From Parcubacteria group bacterium (GTDB taxonomy: Bacteria > Patescibacteriota > Minisyncoccia > Phycocordibacterales > Phycocordibacteraceae), in NCBI GenBank assembly GCA_028286615.1, contig JAQBRG010000003.1, forward strand, positions 13,125 to 77,124: a stretch of 64,000 nt of DNA, written 5' to 3'. The translations under genes were made by a program, and so were the position numbers. Positions 1 to 8,529 of this stretch are shown here, in pieces. Position 1 is the first letter of the stretch. Every line of letters begins with the position of its first letter. Below the pieces are notes generated by a model. It ran no database searches, was not told where the DNA came from, and worked only from the letters and a program-made list of their open reading frames with translations.

Positions 1-38
1 ACGCCCAATGTGGGCGTTTAATTCCAAGACTTATTTAA

Positions 39-122
39 GGTGCGCCGGGGAGGATTCGAACCTCCGAAGCCAGAGGCGGCACGTTTACAGCGTGCTTGTT
101 TTGACCACTTACCTACCGACGC
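39..122 (-). tRNA. tRNA-Tyr (anticodon GTA), class II with a long variable arm. The 3' end encodes discriminator A plus CC but not a full CCA.
   Basis: Read on the minus strand the sequence is GCGTCGG..GCACG-CTGTAAA-CGTGC..GGAGG-TTCGAAT-CCTCC-CCGGCGC-A-CC. The acceptor stem is 7 bp with one G-U pair. The anticodon stem is 5 bp with a 7-nt loop, U33, anticodon GTA and A37. The T-arm carries the canonical GGTTCGAATCC. A 13-nt variable arm with a small stem resembles bacterial tRNA-Tyr. The D-stem pairing is weak by my folding. Confidence 0.7.
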
Positions 123-897
123 ATGAAAAGTTTTCAAAGCGCTGCTGGTGCTTCGTGTTCGCAGGTTTTATTTCGCGAAAGAAGCGCTCAACGTCCTTGC
201 GTCGAGTCAAATACACTACCACTCCTGCACTGATCTCAGACGGTTTGTATTCTAGCTCAATTAGAATACGTCGTAAAGAAACTAGCATGGGCAAGGACAT
301 GTTAGTAAGGGAGATTTGTATACCGAACTTTAGCTTATATACTGACCCGTCTGTATCAAAGAAACCTTTAAGAAAGGCCACTTTCCATTCCTTTCTTTCA
401 AAAATCCACGAAGGGACATCAACTTGTGACGCAACTTTGTTATAAACCAAACCTTCCTTCTGTAGCCATCTAGTTAATTCTACTGATCCAATATAGACGT
501 TACGATAACCATCCTTTCGTACATTAATAGTTGCAGGCGTATTGAAGAGATGTTCCATTAACGAAGCTACGTACTCAACGTACGGAAGTTCCTTTGTACC
601 AAGCGTCACTGTTGCTTGAAAAGGAGACAAATGTCCGTCGCCCAACATAATACCCATGAACTCGGCTAAGAGAACAGAATACTTTGGGAGCACAATATTT
701 TGCTTCTTATTATTGTGTCTCGGCTTCTTATCTGGCGTACACCTAATTCCTAAGCGTCCCATTCGTGCATACAACGTGCTTTCCTTTAAATTTAAGGCAA
801 TAGCCACCTCTCCAAGGGATAAGTTCTGGATTTCATAGAGTTCTACAATTTCTTTTCTGTAGTTCTCCTCTTCTTTTGTGGTCCATCGATTTGGCAT
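109..897 (-). CDS. LAGLIDADG-family homing endonuclease with an N-terminal HTH (sigma-r4-like) domain. Its 3' end overlaps the tRNA-Tyr 5' end by about 14 nt.
   Basis: Two LAGLIDADG-type motifs are present, MGIMLGDGHL and LKGFFDTDGSV, about 100 aa apart. The N-terminus carries LSLGEVAIALNLKESTLYARMGRLGI, a helix-turn-helix. Confidence 0.75.
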   Translation of the reverse strand: MPNRWTTKEEENYRKEIVELYEIQNLSLGEVAIALNLKESTLYARMGRLGIRCTPDKKPRHNNKKQNIVLPKYSVLLAEFMGIMLGDGHLSPFQATVTLGTKELPYVEYVASLMEHLFNTPATINVRKDGYRNVYIGSVELTRWLQKEGLVYNKVASQVDVPSWIFERKEWKVAFLKGFFDTDGSVYKLKFGIQISLTNMSLPMLVSLRRILIELEYKPSEISAGVVVYLTRRKDVERFFREIKPANTKHQQRFENFSCVGR

Positions 898-965
898 CTA
901 TCCATACTGCCAAAAGTAAGGTGATGCAGCTGTCGATTTCTAATAAGAAACTGCTGAACTTATTA

Positions 966-2210
966 TTACTTCAATACCAATATCAAAACCTCTCGCTTCC
1001 CTCTCTTTACGAGTGCCAGACCGCTTACAAAGTCTTCTATTGAAAGCATCTGTTCGTTTGTAACGGTCTTACCATTTAGACTTATCCCATTTCCTTCAAT
1101 AAGGCGCTTTGCATCAGACTTTGAAGAAACCAAGGGACTGGTTGCGAGCACGTCAAGAACGCTTAGACCTTTTGTAACATCTGCCTTAAGTACTGGAATA
1201 TTTGGTGCCTCAGCAAGAATGGTGGCGTGTGCCAGTTGAGGCAATTCCTTGAGACTTCCTCCAAAGAGTGCGCTTGAAGCGGCTGCAGCGGTTGCTGCTG
1301 CAGCAGGGCCATGCACAGTCTCGGTTATAAGACGTGCAAGAGTCTCCTGCGCTTCACGAGCTCCAGGGTTTTCTTTGTGTGCTGCTATAAGAGTGTCTAT
1401 CTCGGCAATAGAAAGGAATGTGTAGTAACGGAAGTAGTTCTCAAGTCCTTCGTCTGGGAGTGTTAGCCAGAATTGGTAGAACTTAAATGGAGAAGTCTTC
1501 TTTGCATCAAGCCATACGGCATTGCCTTCAGACTTGCCAAACTTCTTTCCTGACGCATCCGTAACAATAGGACCGCAAAGTGCAAATGCTTCTTTTCCTA
1601 ACTTGCGGCGAATAAGCTCAACTCCCGAGAGAATGTTAGTCCATTGGTCAGAGCTTCCAATCTGGAGGTCTACCCCTTTCTTCTGGTACAGCTCAAGGAA
1701 GTCATAACCTTGAAGAAGCGAGTACGCGAACTCAGTGTATGAGATGCTTTCGTCTGGAGTTTCAAGACGGCGGCGTATGATATCTCGCTTGATAAGCTCG
1801 TTAACGGTGAAATGCTTGCCAATATCTCGAAGGAAGTCGACAAGATGCACTTTAAGGAGCCAGTCTGCGTTATCAACAACTGTTATCTTTGCGCCAACTA
1901 TTCGCTGCATCTGCTCTTTGAGCGCCTTCTTGTTCTTTGCTATAGCCTTACTGTCTAAAAGTACTCGCTCTCCTTTTTCTTTCGGGTCCCCGATCATGCC
2001 AGTACCTCCTCCAACAAGAAGGACAATCTTATGTCCGTCTGCAGCAAGACGCTTCATGGTTGTAAGTGGAACAAGGTGCCCTACGTGCATAGAGTCTGCT
2101 GTAGGGTCTACACCTAAATACACCGTCCTCTTCTTTTCAAGGATGGTTTCTATAGGCGCAGAGCTATGTTCTACGAGTCCACGGGCTTTGAGATCTTCAG
2201 CGAGGTTCAT
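966..2210 (-). CDS. tyrS: tyrosyl-tRNA synthetase
   Basis: The class I HIGH motif appears as (M)HVGHL and the KMSKS motif as KFGKS. Length is 414 aa and there is a C-terminal S4-like tail. Confidence 0.93.
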   Translation of the reverse strand: MNLAEDLKARGLVEHSSAPIETILEKKRTVYLGVDPTADSMHVGHLVPLTTMKRLAADGHKIVLLVGGGTGMIGDPKEKGERVLLDSKAIAKNKKALKEQMQRIVGAKITVVDNADWLLKVHLVDFLRDIGKHFTVNELIKRDIIRRRLETPDESISYTEFAYSLLQGYDFLELYQKKGVDLQIGSSDQWTNILSGVELIRRKLGKEAFALCGPIVTDASGKKFGKSEGNAVWLDAKKTSPFKFYQFWLTLPDEGLENYFRYYTFLSIAEIDTLIAAHKENPGAREAQETLARLITETVHGPAAAATAAAASSALFGGSLKELPQLAHATILAEAPNIPVLKADVTKGLSVLDVLATSPLVSSKSDAKRLIEGNGISLNGKTVTNEQMLSIEDFVSGLALVKRGKREVLILVLK

Positions 2211-2239
2211 GAGGCAAGTATAGCAGAATATGCTTAATC

Positions 2240-2872
2240 TTAGCCAAGATGAGCGTGGTCATTCCAGGTATATACCCACCATGGCCTGTCCTTGGTCTCG
2301 TCGTACTTAATTATGGTAAGACCCGTATTCTGCGTTCTAAAAGACCACATCATTCGGTCACACTCGTGAGCTGTTAATGCTTCGCCAAAGGTAACTTGCG
2401 CAATAAGTGCTCTTAGAAAGAACCCGTGAGTAACAACAAGAATATGTTCCTCAGGACGCTCCTCCAAATACTGCAATGCTTTTTGTGCACGTTCCTTTAA
2501 ATCATCAAAGTTCTCCTCGTCCGCGAATCGATATCCTGGAACAGTAAAGTTGGCTAGAATATTTTGCTCAGCGATAACAAAATCCTCGTGATCTTTAGGC
2601 TTATCGGTTTGAATGCTGGCTCTGCTTCGTTCAACAAACAATGGTGAGGTCTCAAGTGCCAAACCTGTGCGTTTAGCAACCGCTTCCGCTGTCTGCTCAG
2701 CTCGTAGCAAGGTACTAGCTACGATTGCTTGAACAGGAAGCCGTGAGGCTCTTTCTGCAAGAAACGCAGCTTGCTGCTGCCCTTTCTCCGTTAAGGCTGG
2801 TGCTTCCATCTCAGATATCATGCCTACATTAGCCTCACTCTCCCCATGCCGGATAAGGTATACGGTCTTCAT
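2240..2872 (-). CDS. histidine phosphatase family protein (phosphoglycerate mutase-like)
   Basis: The N-terminal RHGES catalytic motif is present (YLIRHGESEAN), with a later His (VVTHG). Confidence 0.8.
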   Translation of the reverse strand: MKTVYLIRHGESEANVGMISEMEAPALTEKGQQQAAFLAERASRLPVQAIVASTLLRAEQTAEAVAKRTGLALETSPLFVERSRASIQTDKPKDHEDFVIAEQNILANFTVPGYRFADEENFDDLKERAQKALQYLEERPEEHILVVTHGFFLRALIAQVTFGEALTAHECDRMMWSFRTQNTGLTIIKYDETKDRPWWVYTWNDHAHLG

Positions 2873-2874
2873 GC

Positions 2875-4539
2875 TTATACGGGCAGCTCAACAACGAATG
2901 TAGAACCTTTGCCTGCGCCCTCAGACTCTGCCCACACCTTTCCTTTGTGTGCCTCAATTATGTTCTTAACGATGTAGAGACCGAATCCAGTTGATTCAAC
3001 ATTAACTTTAGTTGATTCTTTGCCGTGTCCTCCCTCTGTAAAGAGATGGTGCATGTCCTCAGCAGTTATGCCCACGCCGGTGTCTTTAATATCGAAGTGT
3101 ATTTTTCCATCCTTCTGTGCAAGCGTTACGTCCACGCTTCCAGACGGTGTGTATTTAACTGAGTTGTCTATAAGGTTCTTGAATACGTTTACAAGCTGGC
3201 CGCGGTCCCCGGTAAACATAAGAGGTGCATCACCGGTATGAACATTAAGCGCAAGCCCTTTCTCATCGGCTACGCGTTTCTGCTCCGTAGCAATCTCATC
3301 TACAAGTGCCTTAAGGTCAAAGGACTCCATCTTGTATGAAACCTTTCCGCTCTTAATATTCGCAGCATTAAGAATCTCTTGAATGGTCTGAGTTCCCTTA
3401 GTGTCTGAGTTCAAACCTTCTTGAAGCATGGGGCGCATGGTATCGGGTACAGGTCCAAAGTCTCCATCAAGCACCATGGAGAAGATGTTTCGAGACTTAG
3501 CAACGAAGCCTTTGATTTGGTGCGTGATGAAGTGGATAAGAGTAACTTGCTGCTTGTTTGCCTGCTCAAGTTCTTTAGCAAGTTTTTCGATACGTTCACG
3601 CTGCTCAATCTCCCTTTTAACGCTTCGAAGTAACAAGTATCCCGCTGTAATAACGAACACAAGGGTAACGTATGTAATGTTGTGAGCTGTACCCACATCG
3701 TTGATCAGAAGAAGAGATCCAACCAGAAGAACTAGAGCCACAACCAGTATCTGTGCACCAAACACTTTAATATTAAAGAGTCGGAATCGAACCATGATGT
3801 ACGCAAGCATGCCTATGAATACAGGCACGCCAAATAGTCCATACTGCCCAATGGTCCAACTATAGTCTCCGAGAAAACTAAGGTCGCTAAAAAGGCTACC
3901 TATTATGTTTCCAAAGGCGAAGGATAGAAGAAAGAGGACAATTCCTGTTGAAGCTAATACAATCTGTTTTCTCTGGTCTCCAGGAGGAGTTTTCATGTGC
4001 CTACCAAACGCAAGCAATATTATCCAAATCGCAGATACGAATTCTAAGAAGAAACCGTAGTAGATCAGCGGACCTTCAACAGCATCCCTGTCACAACTGC
4101 TTAGATCGAAACCTGAAAGCGCGAGCATTGTTGGCGTGAGAACAATGATAGGAAGAAATGGGATAAAAATTAAAAGCTTCTTTTTAAAAGAAATGTCTTT
4201 CTTATCTATAAATACGTATACGAAATAGAGACTAAAAAGATACACAAGAGGCTCTGTGAGAATAGTGAGCGACCAGAAGAACATGGTAAATTCCGGTCTA
4301 TCCGTGGCCCATACGACCAAGTCAGAGAAGAGCCATGTGCCCAAACAAAGAGTTATAAGAAACAGAATTCTAGCCGCAAGCGACTTGCGATTCTTCATTA
4401 AAACAAAAAGTCCGAAACCAAGCGATACTACCAAGGCCGTTATGTGAGAATAATAGATCAAAGGATCAAAAACATTGCTTGAGAAAATCAAGAAACTAGG
4501 CCGCGCCCACTCACATGCTTGTATTACGTCAGAAATCAT
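2875..4539 (-). CDS. sensor histidine kinase with a polytopic N-terminal membrane domain and a C-terminal HATPase domain
   Basis: Multiple hydrophobic helices occupy the N-terminal 300 aa. An H-box region (ITHQIKGF) is followed by N, G1 and G2 boxes (NLIDNSVKY, DTGVGI, GTGFGLYIV). Confidence 0.85.
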   Translation of the reverse strand: MISDVIQACEWARPSFLIFSSNVFDPLIYYSHITALVVSLGFGLFVLMKNRKSLAARILFLITLCLGTWLFSDLVVWATDRPEFTMFFWSLTILTEPLVYLFSLYFVYVFIDKKDISFKKKLLIFIPFLPIIVLTPTMLALSGFDLSSCDRDAVEGPLIYYGFFLEFVSAIWIILLAFGRHMKTPPGDQRKQIVLASTGIVLFLLSFAFGNIIGSLFSDLSFLGDYSWTIGQYGLFGVPVFIGMLAYIMVRFRLFNIKVFGAQILVVALVLLVGSLLLINDVGTAHNITYVTLVFVITAGYLLLRSVKREIEQRERIEKLAKELEQANKQQVTLIHFITHQIKGFVAKSRNIFSMVLDGDFGPVPDTMRPMLQEGLNSDTKGTQTIQEILNAANIKSGKVSYKMESFDLKALVDEIATEQKRVADEKGLALNVHTGDAPLMFTGDRGQLVNVFKNLIDNSVKYTPSGSVDVTLAQKDGKIHFDIKDTGVGITAEDMHHLFTEGGHGKESTKVNVESTGFGLYIVKNIIEAHKGKVWAESEGAGKGSTFVVELPV

Positions 4540-4709
4540 ATTTGTACTTCAGGTGTGCTTGAGGCTTCCTCAGTATCTATTGTCTGTTCAGGCTCTGGTA
4601 GAAAAATGTCAAAATTTTGAATGACCACATACCTATAGTAAGTAACGCCGACAGAAGCCAGAATTACAAACGCAAACAACCAGAGAAATATCTTTGACTT
4701 CTTATCCAT
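4536..4709 (-). CDS. small (57 aa) single-TM protein, translationally coupled to the histidine kinase (ATGA stop/start overlap). It is not in the supplied ORF track.
   Basis: My manual translation gives MDKKSKIFLWLFAFVILASVGVTYYRYVVIQNF...PEVQI. It has a hydrophobic core, and its stop overlaps the HK start codon. Confidence 0.35.
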   Translation of the reverse strand: MDKKSKIFLWLFAFVILASVGVTYYRYVVIQNFDIFLPEPEQTIDTEEASSTPEVQI

Positions 4710-5199
4710 GCTTCTTGAGCTGATGGTAAGAATTATACACCCTCTGGAAATAGGTTGGCACGTAGGGCAGGTATTTCTTATACGTGGCTAAAGGTATGTG
4801 CTGAATTGAGCGTACAACAGGTCGGAAGCCTGGAACACTTTTCTTCTCGCCATTTTCCATTTCCCACAAGAGCGTCTCTTCAGTGATTGAGTAGTCGATT
4901 GTCACCTCCTCCCCTTTCTTTATATTTCTTAATGCAACAAAAGTAACCCTTCCTTTTATTCCCATATTTGGGTTACAGGAGTGATTCATATACAAAAAAG
5001 GATACGCAGGATCAATCCACGTATCTTTACCCACTCCTACCCAGTTGGGGCCTTCCTGAGCTGTGCTTTTGTCTTTCACGTGCCATTTTTTAAGTTTACC
5101 TTTAAGAATAAATATAATTTCTCCACGTTTAAAATTACGACTTGCGAATATACCCCTACCCTCGATGGAACTTTCTTTTACATAAATGTTCCGGGTCAT
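4702..5199 (-). CDS. SET-domain protein (putative lysine methyltransferase), paralog 1
   Basis: The SET signature NHSCNPN is present, followed by a downstream ...VTIDYS... motif, about 165 aa total, with a hydrophobic Tyr-rich C-terminus. Confidence 0.8.
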   Translation of the reverse strand: MTRNIYVKESSIEGRGIFASRNFKRGEIIFILKGKLKKWHVKDKSTAQEGPNWVGVGKDTWIDPAYPFLYMNHSCNPNMGIKGRVTFVALRNIKKGEEVTIDYSITEETLLWEMENGEKKSVPGFRPVVRSIQHIPLATYKKYLPYVPTYFQRVYNSYHQLKKHG

Positions 5200-5205
5200 G
5201 AGTAT

Positions 5206-5700
5206 TTAAGCTTGAACCAAGTCAGTACCCTGCTGATGCTTTAAGTATAGCTTTTTGAAATAGGTAGGCACATACGGTAAGTATTTCTTGAACTGCTCAT
5301 TGGGAATATATCGTATTGAGCGGATCACTTTGCGACAATTGGCTTCCCCACACGAACAAGGCATTTCCCAAAGATCATCTCCTTCGATAATTGAGTAGTC
5401 AACCGTGATCTCCTCGCCCTCTCTAATATCTTTGAGAGCAACCATGGTAACTGTGCCCTTTATTCCAGAATTTGGGTTACAAGAGTGGTTTAGATACTGG
5501 TTAGGTGCATTCGGGTCTATCCATTTGTTTTTTCCAATGCCAATCCAGTTAGGGTACGAAAGAGACTCCTCTTTAGAGGTAATGGCAAGGAATTTAGCCT
5601 CACCCTTTATGTGCTGTATAGTTTCTCCTTTCTTGATATCCTCTCCAGCCGTAACCCCCTGGCCATCAATCTTGCTAGTGCAAATATATATATGCTTCAT
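5206..5700 (-). CDS. SET-domain protein, paralog 2, with a post-SET Cys cluster
   Basis: NHSCNPN and ITVDYS are present, plus CSCGEANC (post-SET zinc cluster). It is collinear with and similar to the adjacent 4702..5199 protein. Confidence 0.8.
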   Translation of the reverse strand: MKHIYICTSKIDGQGVTAGEDIKKGETIQHIKGEAKFLAITSKEESLSYPNWIGIGKNKWIDPNAPNQYLNHSCNPNSGIKGTVTMVALKDIREGEEITVDYSIIEGDDLWEMPCSCGEANCRKVIRSIRYIPNEQFKKYLPYVPTYFKKLYLKHQQGTDLVQA

Positions 5701-5798
5701 AAGCCTTTGCTTTGATTATACTAGACTAATAATGGTAAAAAATGCAATCTTTGGTAATAAGTGTAAAAAGAGGTCTGCATCGCTGGAGCGAGCAGACC

Positions 5799-6380
5799 TC
5801 AAGTTTTTTGGAACTTTTTGTAGAGAACCAACACCAGGATGAGGCTGTGAGTTCCGAGATGCACTACAGGAAAGGCTAGCTCCCCTAAGTGGTTCAGACG
5901 CATCAGCACAACAACGAGGTGCAGAGCGTATGCGACGGACCAAACAGCCCATGGCAGCCAGTGTTCTTTATGCTTGTCTGCCAAGATGTCTCTGGCCATA
6001 GGCCTGAAAGACAGGACGGTGCTTGCTTGGTAGAGCAGGTTTGCAACAAGTGCGGTGGTGAAGAGCCAGAGGAAGGTGATGAAGGTATCCAATCCGAAGA
6101 TCAGCCAATCTTCTTTCTCTGGCTTATCGAGCCGCCCTTTTGCAAACAAGTACCCAACCATAATCATGCAGGCCATGGAACAGGTGAAAGGAAGAACTTC
6201 CTTAACCCAGTCCTCGGCAACGAACGCGTACGACAAGGCGTCCACGAACGCACCGAAAGCCCACATGACCCAAGAGCCGGCGCCTGCTTGTTTGGTTAGT
6301 TTGACGTAGAGGTAATACCCCAGTAATTGCGTCGCCCCGGCCAACAAGCCCAGGGCAACCGAAAAATGTTCGGTACCCAT
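5799..6380 (-). CDS. polytopic membrane protein of unknown function (locally GC-rich)
   Basis: There are 5-6 hydrophobic helices. GC is by eye higher than the flanks. No motif recognised. Confidence 0.5.
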   Translation of the reverse strand: MGTEHFSVALGLLAGATQLLGYYLYVKLTKQAGAGSWVMWAFGAFVDALSYAFVAEDWVKEVLPFTCSMACMIMVGYLFAKGRLDKPEKEDWLIFGLDTFITFLWLFTTALVANLLYQASTVLSFRPMARDILADKHKEHWLPWAVWSVAYALHLVVVLMRLNHLGELAFPVVHLGTHSLILVLVLYKKFQKT

Positions 6381-6533
6381 CAGGGCCTCCTATGGCTAGT
6401 GTTCAAATATCAAGCAATGAAGCTCTTTTACAGAGCTTTACATCACAACTGACGTGATTATAGCATATACTTGTTATTTTGCAAGTATATCTCTAGTTCG
6501 AAACTATAATAATAGTGGCATACTGTTTTAACT

Positions 6534-7394
6534 ATGACCACCGAATCTCTAGCAACCTATCCAGGAGTACAGAAAGTGTTGGAAGGTAGCGCTGCAGGTA
6601 AGGAGCTCTTGGTCATCGCTGGCATACATGGAAATGAGACATGCGGTATTGAAGCTATGCAAGCATTGCTTCCTACGCTCTCTGTCTCTGCAGGACGCGT
6701 AACATTTATACATGGAAATATGCAGGCCATAGAAAATAACGTTCGTTTTGTGGAACAAAATCTCAACCGGCTGTTTAGACCGTCTTCGGAACTCTCGGAA
6801 ACTCAGAAAAGCTCTTATGAGTACGTTCGCACGCAAGAACTCATGCCACTTATAGAACAGTCTGATGCAGTACTTGATATCCACTCTAGTGCAACAATCG
6901 GATCTCCCCCGTTTGTTATATGCGGGCGTCAAAATATTGATGAAGCCAAAAGACTTCCATTTCCTCTTATATCGTATGGGTGGGACGCTCTTGAACCTGG
7001 CGGTACTGATGATTACGCTTTAAGAAAGGGTGTAAGTGGCATTACCGTTGAGTGCGGTTTTCATAAAGACCCAGAGGCTGTTGTGCTTGCTCAAGAAGCC
7101 ATACGTGCATTTCTCTACCTGCATGGAGCTATTAATAGCTATGTATCAAACTTTACATCAGCCACGCCGCAAGAAATTGAAGTAATTTCAATACATCATA
7201 CAAAATCTGACTTCGTTCCTTCGAGAGTCTTTAAAGATTTTGAGGAAGTTGCAAAAGGTGACGTGATGGGAACAGATGGCAAGGACACAATACACGTACT
7301 TGAACCGGGTGTAGTTGTTTTTGTACGTACACGCACAAGTCCAAAGGAAGAGGCTTTTATTTTCGGGAAAATAGTACCACCAATGTCTATTTAA
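6534..7394 (+). CDS. succinylglutamate desuccinylase/aspartoacylase (AstE/AspA) family zinc hydrolase
   Basis: The GIHGNE(T)CG motif near the N-terminus is typical of the AstE/AspA metallo-carboxypeptidase-like fold. Later His/Glu residues are present. Confidence 0.7.
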   Translation: MTTESLATYPGVQKVLEGSAAGKELLVIAGIHGNETCGIEAMQALLPTLSVSAGRVTFIHGNMQAIENNVRFVEQNLNRLFRPSSELSETQKSSYEYVRTQELMPLIEQSDAVLDIHSSATIGSPPFVICGRQNIDEAKRLPFPLISYGWDALEPGGTDDYALRKGVSGITVECGFHKDPEAVVLAQEAIRAFLYLHGAINSYVSNFTSATPQEIEVISIHHTKSDFVPSRVFKDFEEVAKGDVMGTDGKDTIHVLEPGVVVFVRTRTSPKEEAFIFGKIVPPMSI

Positions 7395-7517
7395 AGAGTG
7401 TAAATACAAATGCTACTATTAATAACACACAACGCAGGGTTCATCTTCCAAAATTGTGCAGAGCAACAGAGGTGGAGGTCCCTTCCGTCTCGCTTTTGAA
7501 GTTAAGAAAATCGTAAC

Positions 7518-8516
7518 ATGTCAACAAATAAAATATCACAATCTCCTGCGCGTCTCGAACAAGGAGATCTTGTTCGAGTAATATCTTTTGGATTAAGCTT
7601 AAAAGGAGCATCTCTTTCTCAACGAGAAATTTGCAATATGAATCTGACCGCACTCGGTCTTCGTGTCTCTTTTGGTAAGCATATTGAATCAAGCGATGAG
7701 TTTGATACCTCCAGCGTTGCAGACCGAATAGAAGATTTACACGAAGCTTTGCTAGACCCTGAAGTCAAAATGATAATGTCTGGTTTGGGTGGCATGAACG
7801 CTGCACAAATTCTACAGTCAATAAACTGGGAGTTGTTGAGAGAAAACCCAAAGATATTTTGTGGATTTTCTGATATGGCGGTACTTGTAAATGCCATTTA
7901 CGCAAAAACAGGAATTGTAACTTATTACGGTCCTTTCTACGGCACTTTTGGAATGAAGAAGGGAGCTGAGTATATGTTGGAATCATTCCGATCTTGCATG
8001 CTGTCTGATGATCCGTTTGTTGTTAATCCCGCTCCTGATTGGAGTGATGATTGGTGGTGGGACGATCAAGAAAACAGAACTTTTGTTCTAAATACCGGAC
8101 CCCTTGTTATAAATGAAGGTGAAGCTCAGGGTAAGTTACTTGGCGGTCATATCACATCTCTAGCTACAATTTTCGGAACTGATTTTTGTCCAGACTTATC
8201 AAACGCTCTCCTTATGTTAGAGGAGAATAGTGAAATTAATCCAAGATCATTTGACCGTTTGCTTCAGTGCGTAATACTTCAAAAAGGCTTTGACAAAGTA
8301 AAGGCGATTTTGATTGGACGATTCACCACACCAACCAAAATAACTGACGAGATTCTAATAAAGATTATTCGCAGTCACCCTGAACTCTCTCAGATTCCAG
8401 TGGTTTCGAATCTGAGTTTTGGGCACACATACCCCCAATTCACTTTTCCGATAGGTGGTACTGGTCGGATAAATGCAAAAGAAAACAAAGTAACTTTTGA
8501 GATTCTTGATCATTAA
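7518..8516 (+). CDS. ldcA: LD-carboxypeptidase (peptidase S66, LdcA/MccF-like)
   Basis: The nucleophile motif GFSDMAVL is present, with C-terminal His/Glu in an LLGGHITSL...E context, about 330 aa. Confidence 0.8.
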   Translation: MSTNKISQSPARLEQGDLVRVISFGLSLKGASLSQREICNMNLTALGLRVSFGKHIESSDEFDTSSVADRIEDLHEALLDPEVKMIMSGLGGMNAAQILQSINWELLRENPKIFCGFSDMAVLVNAIYAKTGIVTYYGPFYGTFGMKKGAEYMLESFRSCMLSDDPFVVNPAPDWSDDWWWDDQENRTFVLNTGPLVINEGEAQGKLLGGHITSLATIFGTDFCPDLSNALLMLEENSEINPRSFDRLLQCVILQKGFDKVKAILIGRFTTPTKITDEILIKIIRSHPELSQIPVVSNLSFGHTYPQFTFPIGGTGRINAKENKVTFEILDH

Positions 8517-8529
8517 GACTTTATATTTT

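Noticed and set aside
8-445. 145-aa plus-strand ORF at the left edge
   Set aside because: It lies antisense to the tRNA-Tyr and the LAGLIDADG gene. It has no motif and its composition is Cys/Arg-rich, typical of a spurious antisense frame.
6480-6533. Promoter-like TTGCAA ... TATAAT upstream of the AstE/AspA-family gene
   Set aside because: The spacing between the hexamers is about 20 nt, outside the usual 16-18 nt. Not confident enough to call a promoter.
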